Made by a program: the position numbers and the translations under genes. A stretch of 64,000 nt of DNA. Origin: Octopus sinensis. Taxonomy: Eukaryota. The stretch covers positions 33,294,001-33,358,000 of the forward strand of contig NC_043005.1 in NCBI RefSeq assembly GCF_006345805.1, given 5' to 3'. Of this stretch, positions 27,570-42,320 are shown piece after piece; within the stretch, counting starts at the first letter, position 1, and each line of letters begins with the position of its first letter. The notes beneath the pieces are model-generated. The model searched no databases and was not told the origin of the DNA. It was given only the letters and a program-made list of their open reading frames with translations.

Positions 27570-28066
27570 GTGTGTGCGTGTGTGGGTAGACACACATGCA
27601 CAGATATATGTATATTGGTGCCAAATGATAGAAGCTATGATGCTGCTACTTCACAATAATATATTTGTCAGTAAGACAGAGGAGCTGACGGTTGCATCAC
27701 TGGAATTTAACTAGATTAGTTATCCTCATGACCTAATCTCACTTGGAAAACAGCTTCTGACAATTAATGGTTTTAGATTTTAAAATTGAAGTTCACACCC
27801 TCATGATAAACATTTTGAGATAGATTTTGCTTTCTGAAATGTAAACTACACTTAACTAGATATTCTTCCTTCAAAGTTAAACAATTCTGGGTTGTGCCAG
27901 AATGTGCTTGTTGGAATCAGTTGAATTTATTCAGAACAAATTCACATAAATACATATGCATACACACAAGTACACACATACACACACACTGTTTTTATGT
28001 TCAATTATAAAAAAAAGACAATTTTACATTAATCTGATAGGTTACTCTATAATTTTCATCATCATC

Positions 28067-28735
28067 ATCATCATCATCATCATCGTTTAATGCCCGCTTT
28101 CCATGCTAGCATGGGTTGGACGAATGACTGAGGGCAGGCGAACCTGATGGCTGCATCAGGCTTCGATCTTGATCTGGCAGAGTGTAGTGGGTGCTTTTAC
28201 GTGCCACCGGCATGAGGCCAGTCAGGCGGTACTAGCAACGACCTCGCTCGAATCTTTTACACATGCCACTGGCATAGGTGCCAGTAAGGCGATGCTGGTA
28301 ACGATCACACTCGAATGGTGTCTTTTATGTGCCACCGGCACAGAGGCCAGATAGCCGCTCTGGCAACAATCACGCTCGGACGGTGCTCTTAATACCCTAC
28401 TAGCACGGGGCTCGAGTGCCAGTAAGACGATGCTGGTAACGATCACGCTCGAATGGTGCCTTTTAAGTGCCACTGGTACGGAAGCCGGTTAGCAGCTCTG
28501 TCAATGATCACACTCGTATGGTGCTCTTTGCACCTCGCTAGCAAGGACACCAGTCATTGAATTTGATCTTGATTTTGATTTTGATTTTTGATTTTACTTG
28601 CCTCAACAGGTCTTCACAAGCAGAGTTTTCGTGTCCAAAGAAGAAAAAGGTACACATAAGTGGGCTGGTAATGCCCCTGGCATAGGCCACGAAATTATGG
28701 TCTCATTTGGCTTGCCGGGTCTTCTCACGCACAGC
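28067..28735 (-). mobile_element. RTE LINE 3' UTR fragment with (GAT)n tail and internal tandem repeats
   Basis: Same 3' end as the RTE at 40252-42020. Further copies at ~33990-34640, 42911-43076, 43262-43775, 60625-60800 and 61485-61990. Confidence 0.8.
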
Positions 28736-30043
28736 ATATTTCCAAAATAATACCAGCCAAAGATGTACTGCTGTTGTTGGAATCACCATCATTAAAATTT
28801 ATACTTTCACCTCCTGTTTGTTAATATGTGAATGTGCTTACTATAGTGTCAGCTCAATTGACACTTTTTTGTCTTCATTTGTTTATAAAATTTTCTAAAC
28901 TTTGGAAAGTTTGAAGTGTGTCTCCATTACAACCACATTTGTGGCTAGCCCTTATTACACACTCTCTAAAATAGTTATTTTGAATCATGCAATGGTTGCA
29001 AAATATACTGTTTAAGCCATCATACAAAAAGCATTTTAAACCAAAAAAATAGGTCAACTTATATGCAAGCCCTGTGGTGTGAATCAGTTGTTAATGTGGA
29101 TGGTGGATGATAGTAGGTTAACGTCTACTTTGGGAACCACCAGCACATTTTACATGTCAAGCACAATTTACATGACAGAATGAAATACCTAAGACAAATC
29201 CCATTTTTTAACCCAGGGTGATGGGGTAGAAATTCAAATATCCTAAATAAACGAAGAAAATGTTTTTATCAAGTAAATGTTGTGAAATTAAGAAATCTTC
29301 TGACAGAGCCTGTTCCTCCCACAAAACAATAGTAATGGTTTCTGATTTAGGCACTGGACCAGTAATTTTGTAGAAAAATCAACCTCAGTATTTAAATGGA
29401 CCTTTGTTTTATTGACCCAAGATGAATGAAAGGCAATGCTGTCTACATTGGGATTTGAAATCAGAATGTAAATACTGCAAAGCATTTCTGCTGACATTCT
29501 AGCAATTCTACCACTTCGCCACCTTAACAACAACAACAATAATAATAATAATGGTTTCAAAATTTGGCACAAGCCAGCAATTTCGGGGGAGGGACTAAGT
29601 CGATTAAATCAACCCGTACTTAATTGGTACTTATTTTATCAACCCCAGATAGTTACCTCAGTAGAGTTCGAACTCAGAATGTAAAAAACCAGATTAAATA
29701 CCACATAGCATTTTCTCCGATACTCAAATGATCCTGCCAAAGCCACATTTTGCATGAGGTGAAGATGCCTAATGATTAAAACAACCCGATTATACTTGTC
29801 TGCTACTTCATTTTCTGCTTCATAAAAAGGATGGAAGTCAAAGTTGGTTGGGACAGGATTTGAACTCAGAACATAACAAAGCTTAACTAATAGAAAGAAT
29901 TTCATCTGACATTAACGGTTCTGCCAATAAGCTGAATTACATGCCAGATGCTGATGCTGATGGTGAAAACAAAGAAAAAGATGAAAAATAAAATAAACAG
30001 ATAAGTAATGTTTATTAACAAATGTTTTTTTTTTCTGTTATAG

Positions 30044-30078
<35 letters not shown>

Positions 30079-30089
30079 TTATATATATA

Positions 30090-30147
<58 letters not shown>

Positions 30148-30317
30148 TATATATGCATATATATATAATATATATATATATAATGCATATATATATATAT
30201 ATAATATATATATATATTATATATATATTATATATATATATATATAATGTATAATATATATATATATATATAATGTATATATATATATATATATTATAAT
30301 GTATATATATTATATAT

Positions 30318-30401
<84 letters not shown>

Positions 30402-30402
30402 A

Positions 30403-30880
30403 CAGGGTGTTCGGGTTAAAATTGATATGTCTCCTCATTTCAGAAACAACTTAATGTATGTTGAAAAGTCAACAGCATCAGAGAGCATAAACATTAAAGC
30501 TGTATTTGAAAAAGAGTTAACTGACATAAAAGACTTTAAGCCATCTGAATATTGGAAAAGAGTTACCCGTATCATGATGATTCACACCAGCTGTCAAAAT
30601 GCTGAGATCATGACAGCTACTCAATGTTCCATGAACACTGTGAAGGCTGTAAGATGTGATATGGAGTTGCAACAGAGACTACAAAGCCATGTTTAACAAG
30701 AAGGGACACAGCAAACATTATGTGCAGTTGGTGGAGACTGACAACTCCCTCGATAGAGACAGTTGCTGTTGGAAGGCTATATGTGTTGTAGCATGATTTG
30801 GTTCCTTGTCATACCTCTGGAAAGAGTCAGAATTTCTATATCTTCACCAGCCCAAATTTCTGGCCTCCTAATTCCTCCAA
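30403..30880 (+). mobile_element. Internally deleted Tc1/mariner element (maT/DD37D-like)
   Basis: End CAGGGTGTTCGGGTTAAAATTG after a (TA)n tract; PCHTSGKSQ..NFYIFTSPNFWPPNS (WPPNSPDLN motif). Confidence 0.7.
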
Positions 30881-31766
30881 ATGAATGAGATATTGCATTA
30901 TCTCTTCCTTTTATGCAAACTGTCAAACTTAGCTCAAACATTACTACTACTACTACTATTATTTCTTAGAATCTTTTGAGTATCAGACAAAATGCTTAGG
31001 AGCATTCCTTCTGACTCTTTACCTTCTGAGTTCAAATCCTGTTGAGGTCAACTTTGTCTTTCATCCTCTCAGGGTCAGTAAAACACAGTATAAGTTAAAT
31101 ACTGGAGCCAGTGTAATCAACTAAGCCACTTCCCTCAAAATTACTGCTTTGCTAGTATTGTGCCAAAATTTGATGCCATTATTATCATTATTAATATCAT
31201 TATCATTATTATTAGTAGTAGTATTAGTATTATTATTTAAGGTAGTAAGCTGGATGTAGTAAGGCAGTATGCTTTGCAGCATATTCTCTGTGTTTACTTT
31301 TCATTGACTTTGCCTTTCCTCTTTCAGGGTCGATAAAAGGTCCCTGAATGAGGATTGTTTAAGGATGGCGAATAAAATGGCCATGTTCCCAGAGGTGAAT
31401 TATCCAAACCCCAAAGAATTCCTCTCAACACATGGCTATGATGCTCCCCGACTACTTCTGCTTGAGATCAAAGATGCACCTATCAGCCACTAAGGGACAT
31501 GCTCAACTGGTTACGGTCAAACAACTGACAAGCAAATCTGAGAAGCCATGAAAGCCACTGTGGTGAGCAAGCAGAATTGTTAGCACATCAGCAATTGTTA
31601 GCCTAGCAGCATTTCTTCCAGCTCTTTACAAACTAAGTTCAGATTCTGCCGAGATCAACTTTACCTTTCATTCTTTTGGGGTCAATAAAATAAAAACCAA
31701 TTTAGTACTGGGATCAATGTAATTGACATAGTCCTTCCTCCCAAACTTCTGTCTGTAGCAAAAAGA

Positions 31767-31799
<33 letters not shown>

Positions 31800-31801
<2 letters not shown>

Positions 31802-32010
31802 GGTAGCAAGCTGGCAGAATCATTAGCACACCAGACAAAATGCTTAGTGGCATTTCATCCATCTTTATGCTTAGTTCAAAATCTACTGAGGTTGACTTCA
31901 TTTTTCATCCTTTCACGATTAATGAAATAAATACCAGTTGAGTACTGAGGTCGGTGTAATTAAGTAGTCCCCTCTCACAAATTCTAAGCCTTTGCCTATA
32001 GTAGAAAGGA
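31800..32010 (+). mobile_element. SINE family B (tRNA-like head)
   Basis: AAGG..AGCTGGCAGAATC..AGTTCAAA..TTTCATCCTTTC. Many further copies, e.g. ~12600-12790, 29545-29740 and 50171-50387 on the minus strand. Confidence 0.75.
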
Positions 32011-32028
32011 TTATTATTATTATTATCC

Positions 32029-32065
<37 letters not shown>

Positions 32066-33436
32066 CATCATACTTCTGCATTTTCAACATATAGCTGTTA
32101 TTACTATCACTACTACTACTACTGTTCATCCTACTACTACAATTATTATTATATTTCTACATTTCAACATATTCTCATCGTTGTTACTACTACCACTACA
32201 ACTTGTACAATATCAACATATTACTGTTGCTGTTATTACTTATCCCCCTCACACCAGCACAGGCAGAGTCAATTACTTGAGATTTCAAGGAACTCAATCA
32301 TTCATCAATGGGTGAGGTATCCCATTAAACGGGGAGGAAGGGAAAGAACAGTTGATTTCCACTGACCCAGTACTCTACTTGTACTCATTCTGTTGAGCCC
32401 CAAAGGATGATGACCAAAATCAACCTTGACAGGATTTGAACTCAGAGTATAACTAAATACCAAAAAGCATTTTTACCCATCTCTCTAATGATTCTGCCTC
32501 TCCACTAATCACCTTTACAGATGCAATAAAATCAAAATATTCTAAGAATTCATAAAATGTATTTTATTTTATTTTGTTTTGCATTGTTTTATTGTTGTTA
32601 AAGGTATTTCTTTTGTGTACTTTTAAATTTAGGGAAATAATTTTCTTTTATTTCATGGTTGTGTGTCCTTTCTAGTAATAGAACACTTGACACTGAACCT
32701 ACTGTCAGCTCAGCAGACTGAGGCAAGTAGAGTTATGTGCCTTTATGTAATAAGGTACAACACAAAGTATGTCAATATAGTTTGAAATCCTGATCATAAT
32801 AGTTTGTCTGTACAGGAATCAATTTACAATATCACACACATACATGTGAATCATACACACATACATTCACATACACACACACTCACACTTTTACACAATC
32901 ACACACACACACATTCATTCACTCACTCACTCACACACACACACACACACACGTTAATATTTTACAGCCAGATTAGAGACAGTTGCAGTTATTGCTTCTT
33001 TTCTATTTCCATTATTAGCAGATTCTTTATGAGCGCTTCAAGCACACATACTAACACACACACACACACAGAAACGGTGATAGACATGACAGCTTATGGT
33101 TTCAAATTCTCCAGAACATTGTTAAGATCAGCCAATCAAACCAACAGTTTACAAAAAAACTAGGTTGGTTTTCAAAGTTGATTCTCAGAGCCAGTTCTCA
33201 GAATTCTGCTGGTTTTTCTTACATGATTTTTTTTTCCTTTGTTACGCTTTGTTTTCTGAGTTGTCTTGTTGCCATGCCAACTGTACAAGTTTGCTAGCCA
33301 TGTCTAACAATTCCTTCAGCAAGGTGCAGATCTCTACTGATTTTCAAAATTCTTCTCTCCATAGGATTTCATATAAATAGGTTGTGATTCTTCAGCTGCT
33401 TTTTTCTGTGATTTCTTGAAAGATTTTATCCCTCTT

Positions 33437-33471
33437 TTACTGGGAGGAAGACTTGACTGCTGCAGGTGAAT
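33437..33471 (-). CDS. Candidate terminal coding exon of an unidentified host gene, followed by a ~0.9-kb putative 3' UTR
   Basis: Strong acceptor TTTTTTTTCCTTCTTTCAG. Phase-1 reading DSPAAVKSSSQ* (the phase-0 frame is open to 33334). AATAAA cluster at 32563-32593. Confidence 0.4.
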
Positions 33472-34699
33472 CTGAAAGAAGGAAAAAAAAGTTGAAATCA
33501 ATGGAAATGATGACATTGTTCCTTACTGTTATTGTTGTTGTTATGATGGTGGTGGTGGTGGTGGTGGTGGTGGCGGTGGTGGTGGTGGCAGTGATGGTGA
33601 AGCTGACCTAAGGGAGACAGATTGAATGTTATGTAATCTGTTTTAGTTCTTCCATAGTTCATATCAGAACAGAATCAACTTTGGCATTGTTCTCACAAAA
33701 AGTGATAAGATATGTACCTGTGTGCTAAAGACATTCAGTTCACCAAAGTATATATCCACAGCTCCACCTCCAAATATATATATAACGATGATGATGATAT
33801 ATGTATATATATATATATTATATATATATATATATATATAAAATGTAGATACATATATAACTATCCATACATGTATATATTGATAGTTGTGCATGTGTGT
33901 GTATGGGTGTGTATCTGCTGTGGAATGGAGCTCTAAGAATACACCCAATATTCCTGGCAGTACAGTCACCATCATTATCATTGTTTGACATCCGTTTTCC
34001 ATGCTGGCATAGATTGGATAGTTTGACTGAGATCTGGAGAGCTAGCTGCTGCACCAGGCTCCAATCTGATCTGGCAATGTTTCTACAGCTGGATGCCCTT
34101 CCTAACACCAACCATCCAAGAGTGTAGTGGGTGCTTTTTACATGCCACCAGCACGGGAGCTAGTTAGGTGGACCTGGCATCGACCATGTTCAGATGGTGC
34201 TTCTTAAGTGCCAACAGAATGGGAGCCAGTCAGGGGGCATTGACCACAACTGCAATTTTGGTTTTACTTGACTCAACAGGTTTTCTCAAGAGTATCATAT
34301 CACCCTACACATCAAAAGAACTCTTAAATGGGCCAGACATGCAACACTGACATCAGCCATGACTGCGATCTCACTTCAGCTGCTGGGTCTTCTCAAATAC
34401 AGCATATCTCCAAAGGTCTCGGTCTCCTGTCATTGCCTCTGTGAGGCCCAATGTTCGAAGGTCATGCTTCACCATCTCATGTCTTCCTGGATCTACCTCT
34501 TTCACAGGTTCCTTTCACAGTTAGAGAGCAGCACTTCCTCACACAGCTCTCCTCATCCATACATAACACATGACCATACCAGTGCTGTCATTTCTCTAGC
34601 ACACCATCTTTGATGCTTCTTATGTCCAACTTTTCTTTCAGGGTGCTTACATTCTAAAGTGATAGTAAGATATACAACATAAAAGTAAAAATGATTATG

Positions 34700-36955
34700 G
34701 AGGCGAAAATTTACCTGACAGAGTGTTTGTGGGGGAGGGGCTGATAATGTGGGTGGCTATGGAGGGATATAGGCACGATGTTTCAAGTGTGGAGAGAAAA
34801 AGCTGTGAAGGAAACATCAGCAGACAGACCAGAAAGTGCAGCAGAAGGGAAGGATGATAGAACAACGGAAGAAAAGAACCAAACTACCAAGGAGATGGAG
34901 TTTACAACGGGAACTCAGAAGCGTAAGAAGGCACAAGTCCCTGATTTCCCTCCCAAACAAAAAAAAAAACACTAAACACACAGACACACAAATCCAAACT
35001 CCCCAGTCCAAGCCCACAGCAAGGCCATTTGCCAAACCCTTCCCCTAACTACAAGTAAAAACTACAGAGTTCTGGAAAAAGAACAAGCCATTAGCGAGAG
35101 TCATTAGAGCACACCATGACACACAAGTGTTTAGAGTAATGGAAGAAACATGGATGGACGTTAGGTATGCAAAAATAATCGAGAAACTGTTTATGTATAT
35201 GAAGGCAAGGTATCCGTAAGACATAAGAGACATAACTGCCAAAGTGGCAGAGGGTAAACATATTATAAGCCCAACTGCCACACCCAGGAAAAGCCCAGCA
35301 GTGACATCTAATAAAGAAAAGGAGAGGGAGGTAGGTGAATTTGTACAGCCCTTCCACAAACTGAAAATGTGAGTAATCTCTTTTCTTTTATTATTCAAAA
35401 ATGATTAAGTTAGGGTGCATAAATGTGTGTGGACTGGGGTCGAAATGGAAACAGGCTTGTTTTCTGGACGACCTCACGACACGTGATATAGATGTAGCAG
35501 TTGCAAATGAGTCCAAGATGAGTGGATCACAAGCATTCTCTCCTCTTCTGAATGACTATAAGAAAATTGTTTCTCCTAGCCAACGAGGAGTGGGGGGGGG
35601 GCGTAATGGTCTTATTCAGGAAGAACTTGAACTTGCAGGTAAGTACTGTCTTTCTGGACCCAGAAGTAGGCTGGTCGTCCTGGATGTAACTCACGAAAGT
35701 AAAGTCCTCCAGGTTGGTAGCTAAGTACACTCCTAACAAGCATGGGCAGTTAGGTTTTTTTTGAGACCTGGAGCACTTTCTAGTGATGTCTAAAATGGTA
35801 GTTCTGTTAGGAAACTTTAACACTATACTCGATGTATGGGTGGATAGTGTTGGTTCAACAGATAGGAAAGGAAATCTTGGCCTCAAGGGTCTACTAGAGA
35901 ACTATCATCTAGTAGACCATTATAGACTGGATGAGCTGTTCATTTCACAGTGGACATGGAGTAATGACAATGACTCTCGCAGATCTTACATAGACAGGGT
36001 ATTCATTAGAGATAGAGATAAGGATACTTTTAGTTTTCCACAATTTGATATAGTATCTTACACGGATCACAAATTTGTGACGTGTGAGGTACAGTTAAAT
36101 AAATGTCATAGACAGGGACCCAGGCAAGTCTATTTTAACTTGTAAAGCTTTCTGTGCCTGAAATAAGGAGTTAGTACAGAGGGTACTATGTGGCGCCATC
36201 ATTAATAATACATGGTGGCATGCCCTCAAGAGAGCCATTCATTTAAAGTCTATTAGATTTAACAATCAGCTAAGTTTAGATAGATCTAGAATAGAGGATC
36301 ACTTAGTTAAGAACTCAGACGAAGCCTTGGAATCTGGCTCTGCATCTAGAATGCCGGCAGTGAAAACAGTCTTGTACATTCAACTCAACACCAAGCACGA
36401 AGGCTGCAGAGTTAGAGCTAAGCTACTTGCAGTGAGGTGAGAAGGTATTAACATTGCCGGATGGGCACATCGTGTGGAGAGTCAGAGGGGTAAAAAAGCC
36501 TCTATAAAGTCTTTAACAGATGAACAGGAGTGCAAGATCTAGGGACAGGAAAAGATGCAAAAAGGCCTTTCATCAGCATTTCACATGGTTGTTCAGGCAA
36601 GGCAGTGTGCTAGAACGTGGGGAATCCCTAAAGGGCTTCCTCACTGGTGGGCCACGATTCTCAGTACGGGAGCCAAGATGCTGTGAAGGGCTGATTACAA
36701 CTACGGCAGTCAAAGAGGCATTGGCCGAGTGTGCCAGGTAGAAGTTGCTGGGGTTGGATAGTCTACCCTATGAGTTTTATCGCAGCATGCCAGACTTATT
36801 TGGGGACCTGCTGGCCAGTGTCTACACAAACTGGCAACAGAATGGGAGAATTCCCAGCTCTGTGAGTCAGGGAGTGGTGAGGCTGATCCAGAAGTACCCG
36901 AGCAAGGTGAATATTATAAGCAATTACAGGCCCATAACTCTTCTCAATGCTTCAT
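34700..36955 (+). mobile_element. Tx1/L1-clade LINE 5' portion: ORF1 remnant with zinc knuckle, APE endonuclease and start of RT; decayed
   Basis: RCFKCGEK; MIKLGCINVCGLGSK; VVLLGNFNTILD; WTWSN..RSYIDRVFI..SYTDHKFV; GLDSLPYEFY..NYRPITLLNA. Confidence 0.9.
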
Positions 36956-38727
36956 GCTCAAGATAATTCTTCAACAAGAAGGGAAAACAATAAAACATTT
37001 GTTAATTCAATATAAAGGTTAGGATGTTTTCATAGAGACAGGGAGCTTCTAAATGAAAAAGTTAGATTCTGATCTTAGATAGTATGTGCAGAAATTTGTG
37101 ACACAGGAGAAAAACAGGCTCAAAAGGAGGACTCATTACTTTCTGGGTGATATCATCTTTTATATTGAAGTGCTAATCATAGTTCTGCAATGTAAAAAAT
37201 CTGTAATGCTGTGGAAAGGGGATGGTAAGAGTAAGTGAGAGAGACAGAATTGTATGATAAACAATACAACTGAAGCTAAATGGAAAAATGAAGATTATCA
37301 ATCAAGAAAAGAAAACAAAATATGAACAATGACGAAGATAAGCAAGAATATTTTACACAAGAGAAAACAGATTAGAAGAGAAAACATGACTGAAGACAAC
37401 AGACAAGATCTCCAAGAAATTAACCACAGGACATTGCTCTTCATTGTCTGCTTTGGTATGGTTCTATGATTGGAGGCCCTTCCTAACGTCAACTACTTCA
37501 TGGAGTGTATAAGGTAGATTTTTCATGACACCAGCACTGGTGAGGTCACCAAGTAAATCACAAGACAAAGGAAAAAGATGGTGATGCTAGACCAGGTGAC
37601 TGAGATTAAGTCTATCAGCCAAAGAGGTTATGGTTCGATTTGAAGTCACAACCTGAACCATGTAAAATATCTGATTTAACCTTCTTATAGACCTGTCAAG
37701 CCACTGCTATGGGTTAGTAGTTCTTTTATCAACTCCTGAAAGGATGAATGGTAAAGTTGGCCCCTGTGAGATTTGATGGAACCAATAGCACACAGCATTT
37801 TGTTCAATGCTCTACTGACTCTGCCAATGATATGATTTGAAGGAGATTTCTCAGCTATTTTTAGCAAGGAAAGTGACCGCATTGGGATTCTTTTTCAAAC
37901 TTTGTTAGCATAGCACTAAGGAACTCCATCAGAAAAGGAAATTAAATGATGTTTAACAACTAACACCACCAAATAGAATCACTGTAACTTCTATATACCA
38001 TTAGATTCGACCACTGTTGGCAATTATAAAAGACAAGCACTTCAAGACTGAAGTTAGCATAATTTCTATAACAAAACATTGATTGGGTGCGGAGAAAAAA
38101 TTTAGGATGCCGGAGGTTATTGTTGGGATTTTTAACCCCTTCTGCTATATTTAAGGGAATAAACACTCCTCAACAACAGCAACTAATTCATAGCATTTGT
38201 AACCTGAAGATCAACAGCTTAATTTCATTCATTTACTGCCAGACAGATGGCGCCAAAACACCATCTGGGGGTAGGGAAGTTATGTGAAGAGAGGGAGGGA
38301 TGTAGGAGACGAATGAAATGGAAGTAGGTAAAGGAATAGAAAATGTTAAATTATCACTCAAATAAGAATTATTCAGCGATTAATTCTAATTTAGTGTAAA
38401 TATAAATTTAGATATTTAAAATAAATGAATTATAAAGACATGAAAATTTATAAACTGGAAACAATGTCATTTTTATTTGAGAATATAAAAAAAATAATTA
38501 AGTTCTTCATTTCTTTAAACAAAAAAATAAACAGTAGCAACAATAATAAAAATAATAATTTTGGATTTTTTTTATTTGTGTTTTACTGTTTTTGTTCTTT
38601 TTTTTCAAATTCCTAAATTCTTTCTCAAGACCATCTAACCATTACTCTTCTCAGTTCTGTTGGTATTTCCTCTTTACTTTCACCTCCTCTCCACCTCCCA
38701 CTCTACCAAACCTTCATTTTTAATTAC

Positions 38728-38801
38728 CATTATTTATTTCTTGGTAGCGCTTATCTGATGTTTCCATGTACAAACATTGCAGAACCAACATCAAGAATAC
38801 T
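38728..38801 (-). CDS. Candidate 74-nt internal exon
   Basis: Acceptor GTTGGTTGTTGTTTTTTAG, donor GTAATT. Open as VFLMLVLQCLYMETSDKRYQEINN and phase-compatible with the terminal exon. Confidence 0.35.
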
Positions 38802-39141
38802 CTAAAAAACAACAACCAACATAATGGGTCCTCGTCACTCAAACTTGCAGTCGTTCAGTAGATGCGACCAGGGTTCACCCCCCAACCCCTGCCCCAGTTC
38901 AATTTACACTAAACAAACTACTTTTCAGATAACACTTTGTTGTTTTTTCACATAAACTAATGTTAAATTATCTGTATGTGTGTGTGTGTGTGCATGTGTG
39001 TGTGTGCACGTGTTTGTTTGTGTGTGGATAATGGGTTTGTGAGTGTTTGTGAACGACTGCATATGTGTGTGTATATCTGCTTCCATGCATATATGTGAGC
39101 GTATGTATATATATGTATGCCTGTCCGTGTGTGCTTGTGTA

Positions 39142-39173
<32 letters not shown>

Positions 39174-39343
39174 CATATATATATATACATATATATATAC
39201 AGATATATATACAGATATATACATACATATATATATATACATATATATATACACATATATATATATACACATATATATAACACATATATACATATATTAT
39301 ATACATTGATCAAAATAAAATAAAAAATGATGCGAAGGATTCA

Positions 39344-39425
39344 GCACGGTACATATGTTTCGGGCCTTTATTAGACAGATTTATAACAATGCATAATGTA
39401 TGTCTGTGGCCTTCTTCAGCCGCGC
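39344..39425 (-). ncRNA. Type I hammerhead ribozyme with intact core
   Basis: GCGCGG-CTGAAGA-A-GGCC...GGCCC-GAAA-CATATG-TA-CCGTGC. Six-bp stem I, palindromic stem III ACATATGT, GUA site. Confidence 0.85.
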
Positions 39426-39796
39426 ACCACAGCTTCCACAAGGACATGTGTTACATCAAAATTCTTGGTTGGGGATGCAAATCCTCTCATTCACGTACGA
39501 CATAATGCGGCAGCAGCATAGAGTTGAAGCGTCCATCTCTTTCTTCTCTCAATGTAGAATGAGGAAAATTGGATGTTGAGGTAATGTAAATAAATAAATA
39601 CATATATAGAGGTGAAGATGGAGGGGCGAGAGTTCGGGACGAGGGATAAAAAATGTATAAAAAGTGTAAGTATAGAATAAATATAAAATGTGTAGAGGAT
39701 AAAGGGTTGTAAGTAGATGTAAAGGGGTATAAAGAAATATAAAGTAAAAATAGAAATAGAAATAGAAATAAAAGTAAAAAAACCTGATAAAAAAAC

Positions 39797-39868
39797 CTGA
39801 AGAAGGCCACAGACATACATTATGCATTGTTATAAATCTGTCTAATAAAGGCCCGAACAAATGTACCG
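39797..39868 (+). ncRNA. Inverted, degenerate copy of the 39344 hammerhead
   Basis: CTGAAGAAGGCC...GGCCCGAACAAATGTACCG. GAAA and the palindrome are damaged and the 5' stem-I arm is missing. Confidence 0.65.
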
Positions 39869-39994
39869 CTGAATCCTTCGCATCATGTTTTTATTTATTT
39901 TGATCAATTTACTCCACCCTACACCACCAAACGGTATACACAGGTGCTTATAATTATCAAGTACTCACCCCGAATAATATATACATATATACAC

Positions 39995-40044
<50 letters not shown>

Positions 40045-40251
40045 TATATATACATATATCTATATATATATATACATATATATACATATATATATACACA
40101 CACACATATATATATATACATATAAAATATATATGTGTGTGTGTATGTATAGGTTCAAAATGTCAGACTTTTCCACTCTTCTCCAGTGTCAAACTAATAC
40201 ACCTGCCTGTTGTCCCTCACTTGTCTTTTGTTTTCTGTAAATTTGAACTTA

Positions 40252-42020
40252 GCTTAGATTAGATGCAGTTTGGGTTCGTGCCAGGGAAAAGTACTACTGA
40301 TGCTATATTCCTGGTAAGACAGCTGCAGGAGAAATACCTAGCCAAAGGTAAGCCCCTGTACCTGGCTTTTGTTGACATGAAGAAAGCCTTCGACAGGGTC
40401 CCCCAATCCCTTATCTGGTGGTCAATGAGGAAACTAGGGATAGATGAATGGTTAGTGAGAGCTGTGCGAGCCATGTACAGAGACACTGCTAGTAAGGTGA
40501 GGGTTGGCAACGAGTACAGTGAAGAATTCCGGGTAGAGGTTGGGGTCCACCAAAGATCAGTCCTCAGTCCCCTCCTATTTATCATAGTCCTCCAGACAAT
40601 AATGGAGGAATTCAAGACAGGATGCCCCTGGGAGCTCTTCTATGCTGATGACCTTGCTCTAATTGCTGAGTCACTATCAGAACTGGAGGAGAAGTTTCAG
40701 GTGTGGAAGCAAGGATTAGAATCGAAGGGCCTTAGAGTCAACCTAGCCAAAGCCAAAGTTCTAATAAGTAGGAAGGTAGACAAATCACAAACGCCTTCAG
40801 GTAGAAACTCTATAAGATGCACCAAGTGTAAGCTATGGATACATAAGAGGTGCAGCAATGTCAAAGGAAGGCTAACTAGGAAAATAGTTTTTGTCTGTGG
40901 CAGATGCTCAGGAGCAATAAACACTGAAAATGTGCAGAGACAACTTCTACCACATCCAGGGGGAGAAAACTAGAAGTAGTTGATAGCTTCCGTTACCTAG
41001 GTGACCAAGTCAGTAGCGGGGGTGGGTGTGCCAAAAGTGTAACTGCTAGATTAAGAATAGCCCGGGCAAAGTTCAGAGAGTCTTACCCTGCTGGTGACAA
41101 AAGGCCTCTTGCTCAGAGTTAAAGGCAGACTGTATGATGCAAGTGTACGAACAGCCATGCTACATGGTAGTGAAACATGGGTCGTGACTGCTGAGGATAT
41201 GCGTAAGCTCGCAAGAAATGAAGCCAGTATGCTCCGATGGATGTGTAATGTCAGTGTTCATACTCGACAGAGTGTAAGTACCTTGAGAGAAAAGTTGGAC
41301 CTAAGAAGCATCAGTTGTGGTGTGCAAGAGAGACGTTTGCGCTGGTATGGTCATGTGACGAGAATGGCTGAAGATAGTTGTGTGAAAAAGTGCCACACCC
41401 TAGCAGTTGAGGGAACCTATGGAAGAGATAGACCCAGGAAAACCTGGGACGAGGTGGTGAAGCATGACCTTCAAACTTTAGGTCTCACCAAGGAAATGAC
41501 TAGAGACCAAGACCTATGGAAGTATGCTGTGCGTGAGAAGACCCAGCAGAACTAGTGAGACCATAACCCATGGCCTCTACCTGGGATGTAGCCAGTCGAC
41601 TTATGCATACCTTTCCTTCTTGGGACACAAAACTCCACTTGGGAAGACCCGTTGAGGCAAGTGGAAATCAGAATCAAAATTGAAGTCGATCAACATCAAT
41701 GGAAATTGCAGCTATGATACCAGTGCCGGTGGTACGTAACCGAACCATCCGATCATGGCTGCTGCCAGCGCCGCCCCGTCTGGCCTTCGTGCCGGTGGCA
41801 CGTAGAAAGAACCATCCAACCGTGGCCATTTGCCAGCCCCATCTGGCACGTAAAAAGCACCCACTATATTCATGGAGTGGTTGGCGTTAGGAAGGGCATC
41901 CAGCCGTAGAAACATTGCCAGATCAGACTGGGCCTGGTGCAGCCTTCTGGCTTCCCAGACCCCAGTTGAACCATCCAACCCATGCTAGCATGGAAAGCGG
42001 ACGCTAAATGATGATGATGA
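40252..42020 (+). mobile_element. 5'-truncated RTE-clade LINE (RT, C-terminus, 3' UTR, (GAT)n tail)
   Basis: MQFGFVPGKSTTDAIF..LAFVDMKKAFDRVP..GVHQRSVLSPLLF..LFYADDLALIA; RRLRWYGHVTR..RDRPRKTW. Confidence 0.95.
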
Positions 42021-42320
42021 TAAATTATATTAGAGATAAAACCACTATTAGGCAGTGAAAAACATAAACCAAAACATAAAAATAAATATAATTAATATAA
42101 TATACAAGATATATAAAATATAAAATTTTACTTTAAATTATGTAAATTTAAAATTTTCAATTTATATTTATAAATTTTTATATTTTTTTTTATTTTTTTA
42201 AATCTTAAATTTATAAATTTTTAAACTCTTAATTTTTTAATATTTATATTTATTTATTTTTTTTTTTATATAACTATCAAAAAGGTATTAAAAAGTTTAA
42301 TATAATATAATAAGTAAAAT

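Noticed and set aside
38240-38270. CAGATGGCGCC, a CTCF-like motif inside a small inverted repeat
   Set aside because: A single partial match is expected by chance.
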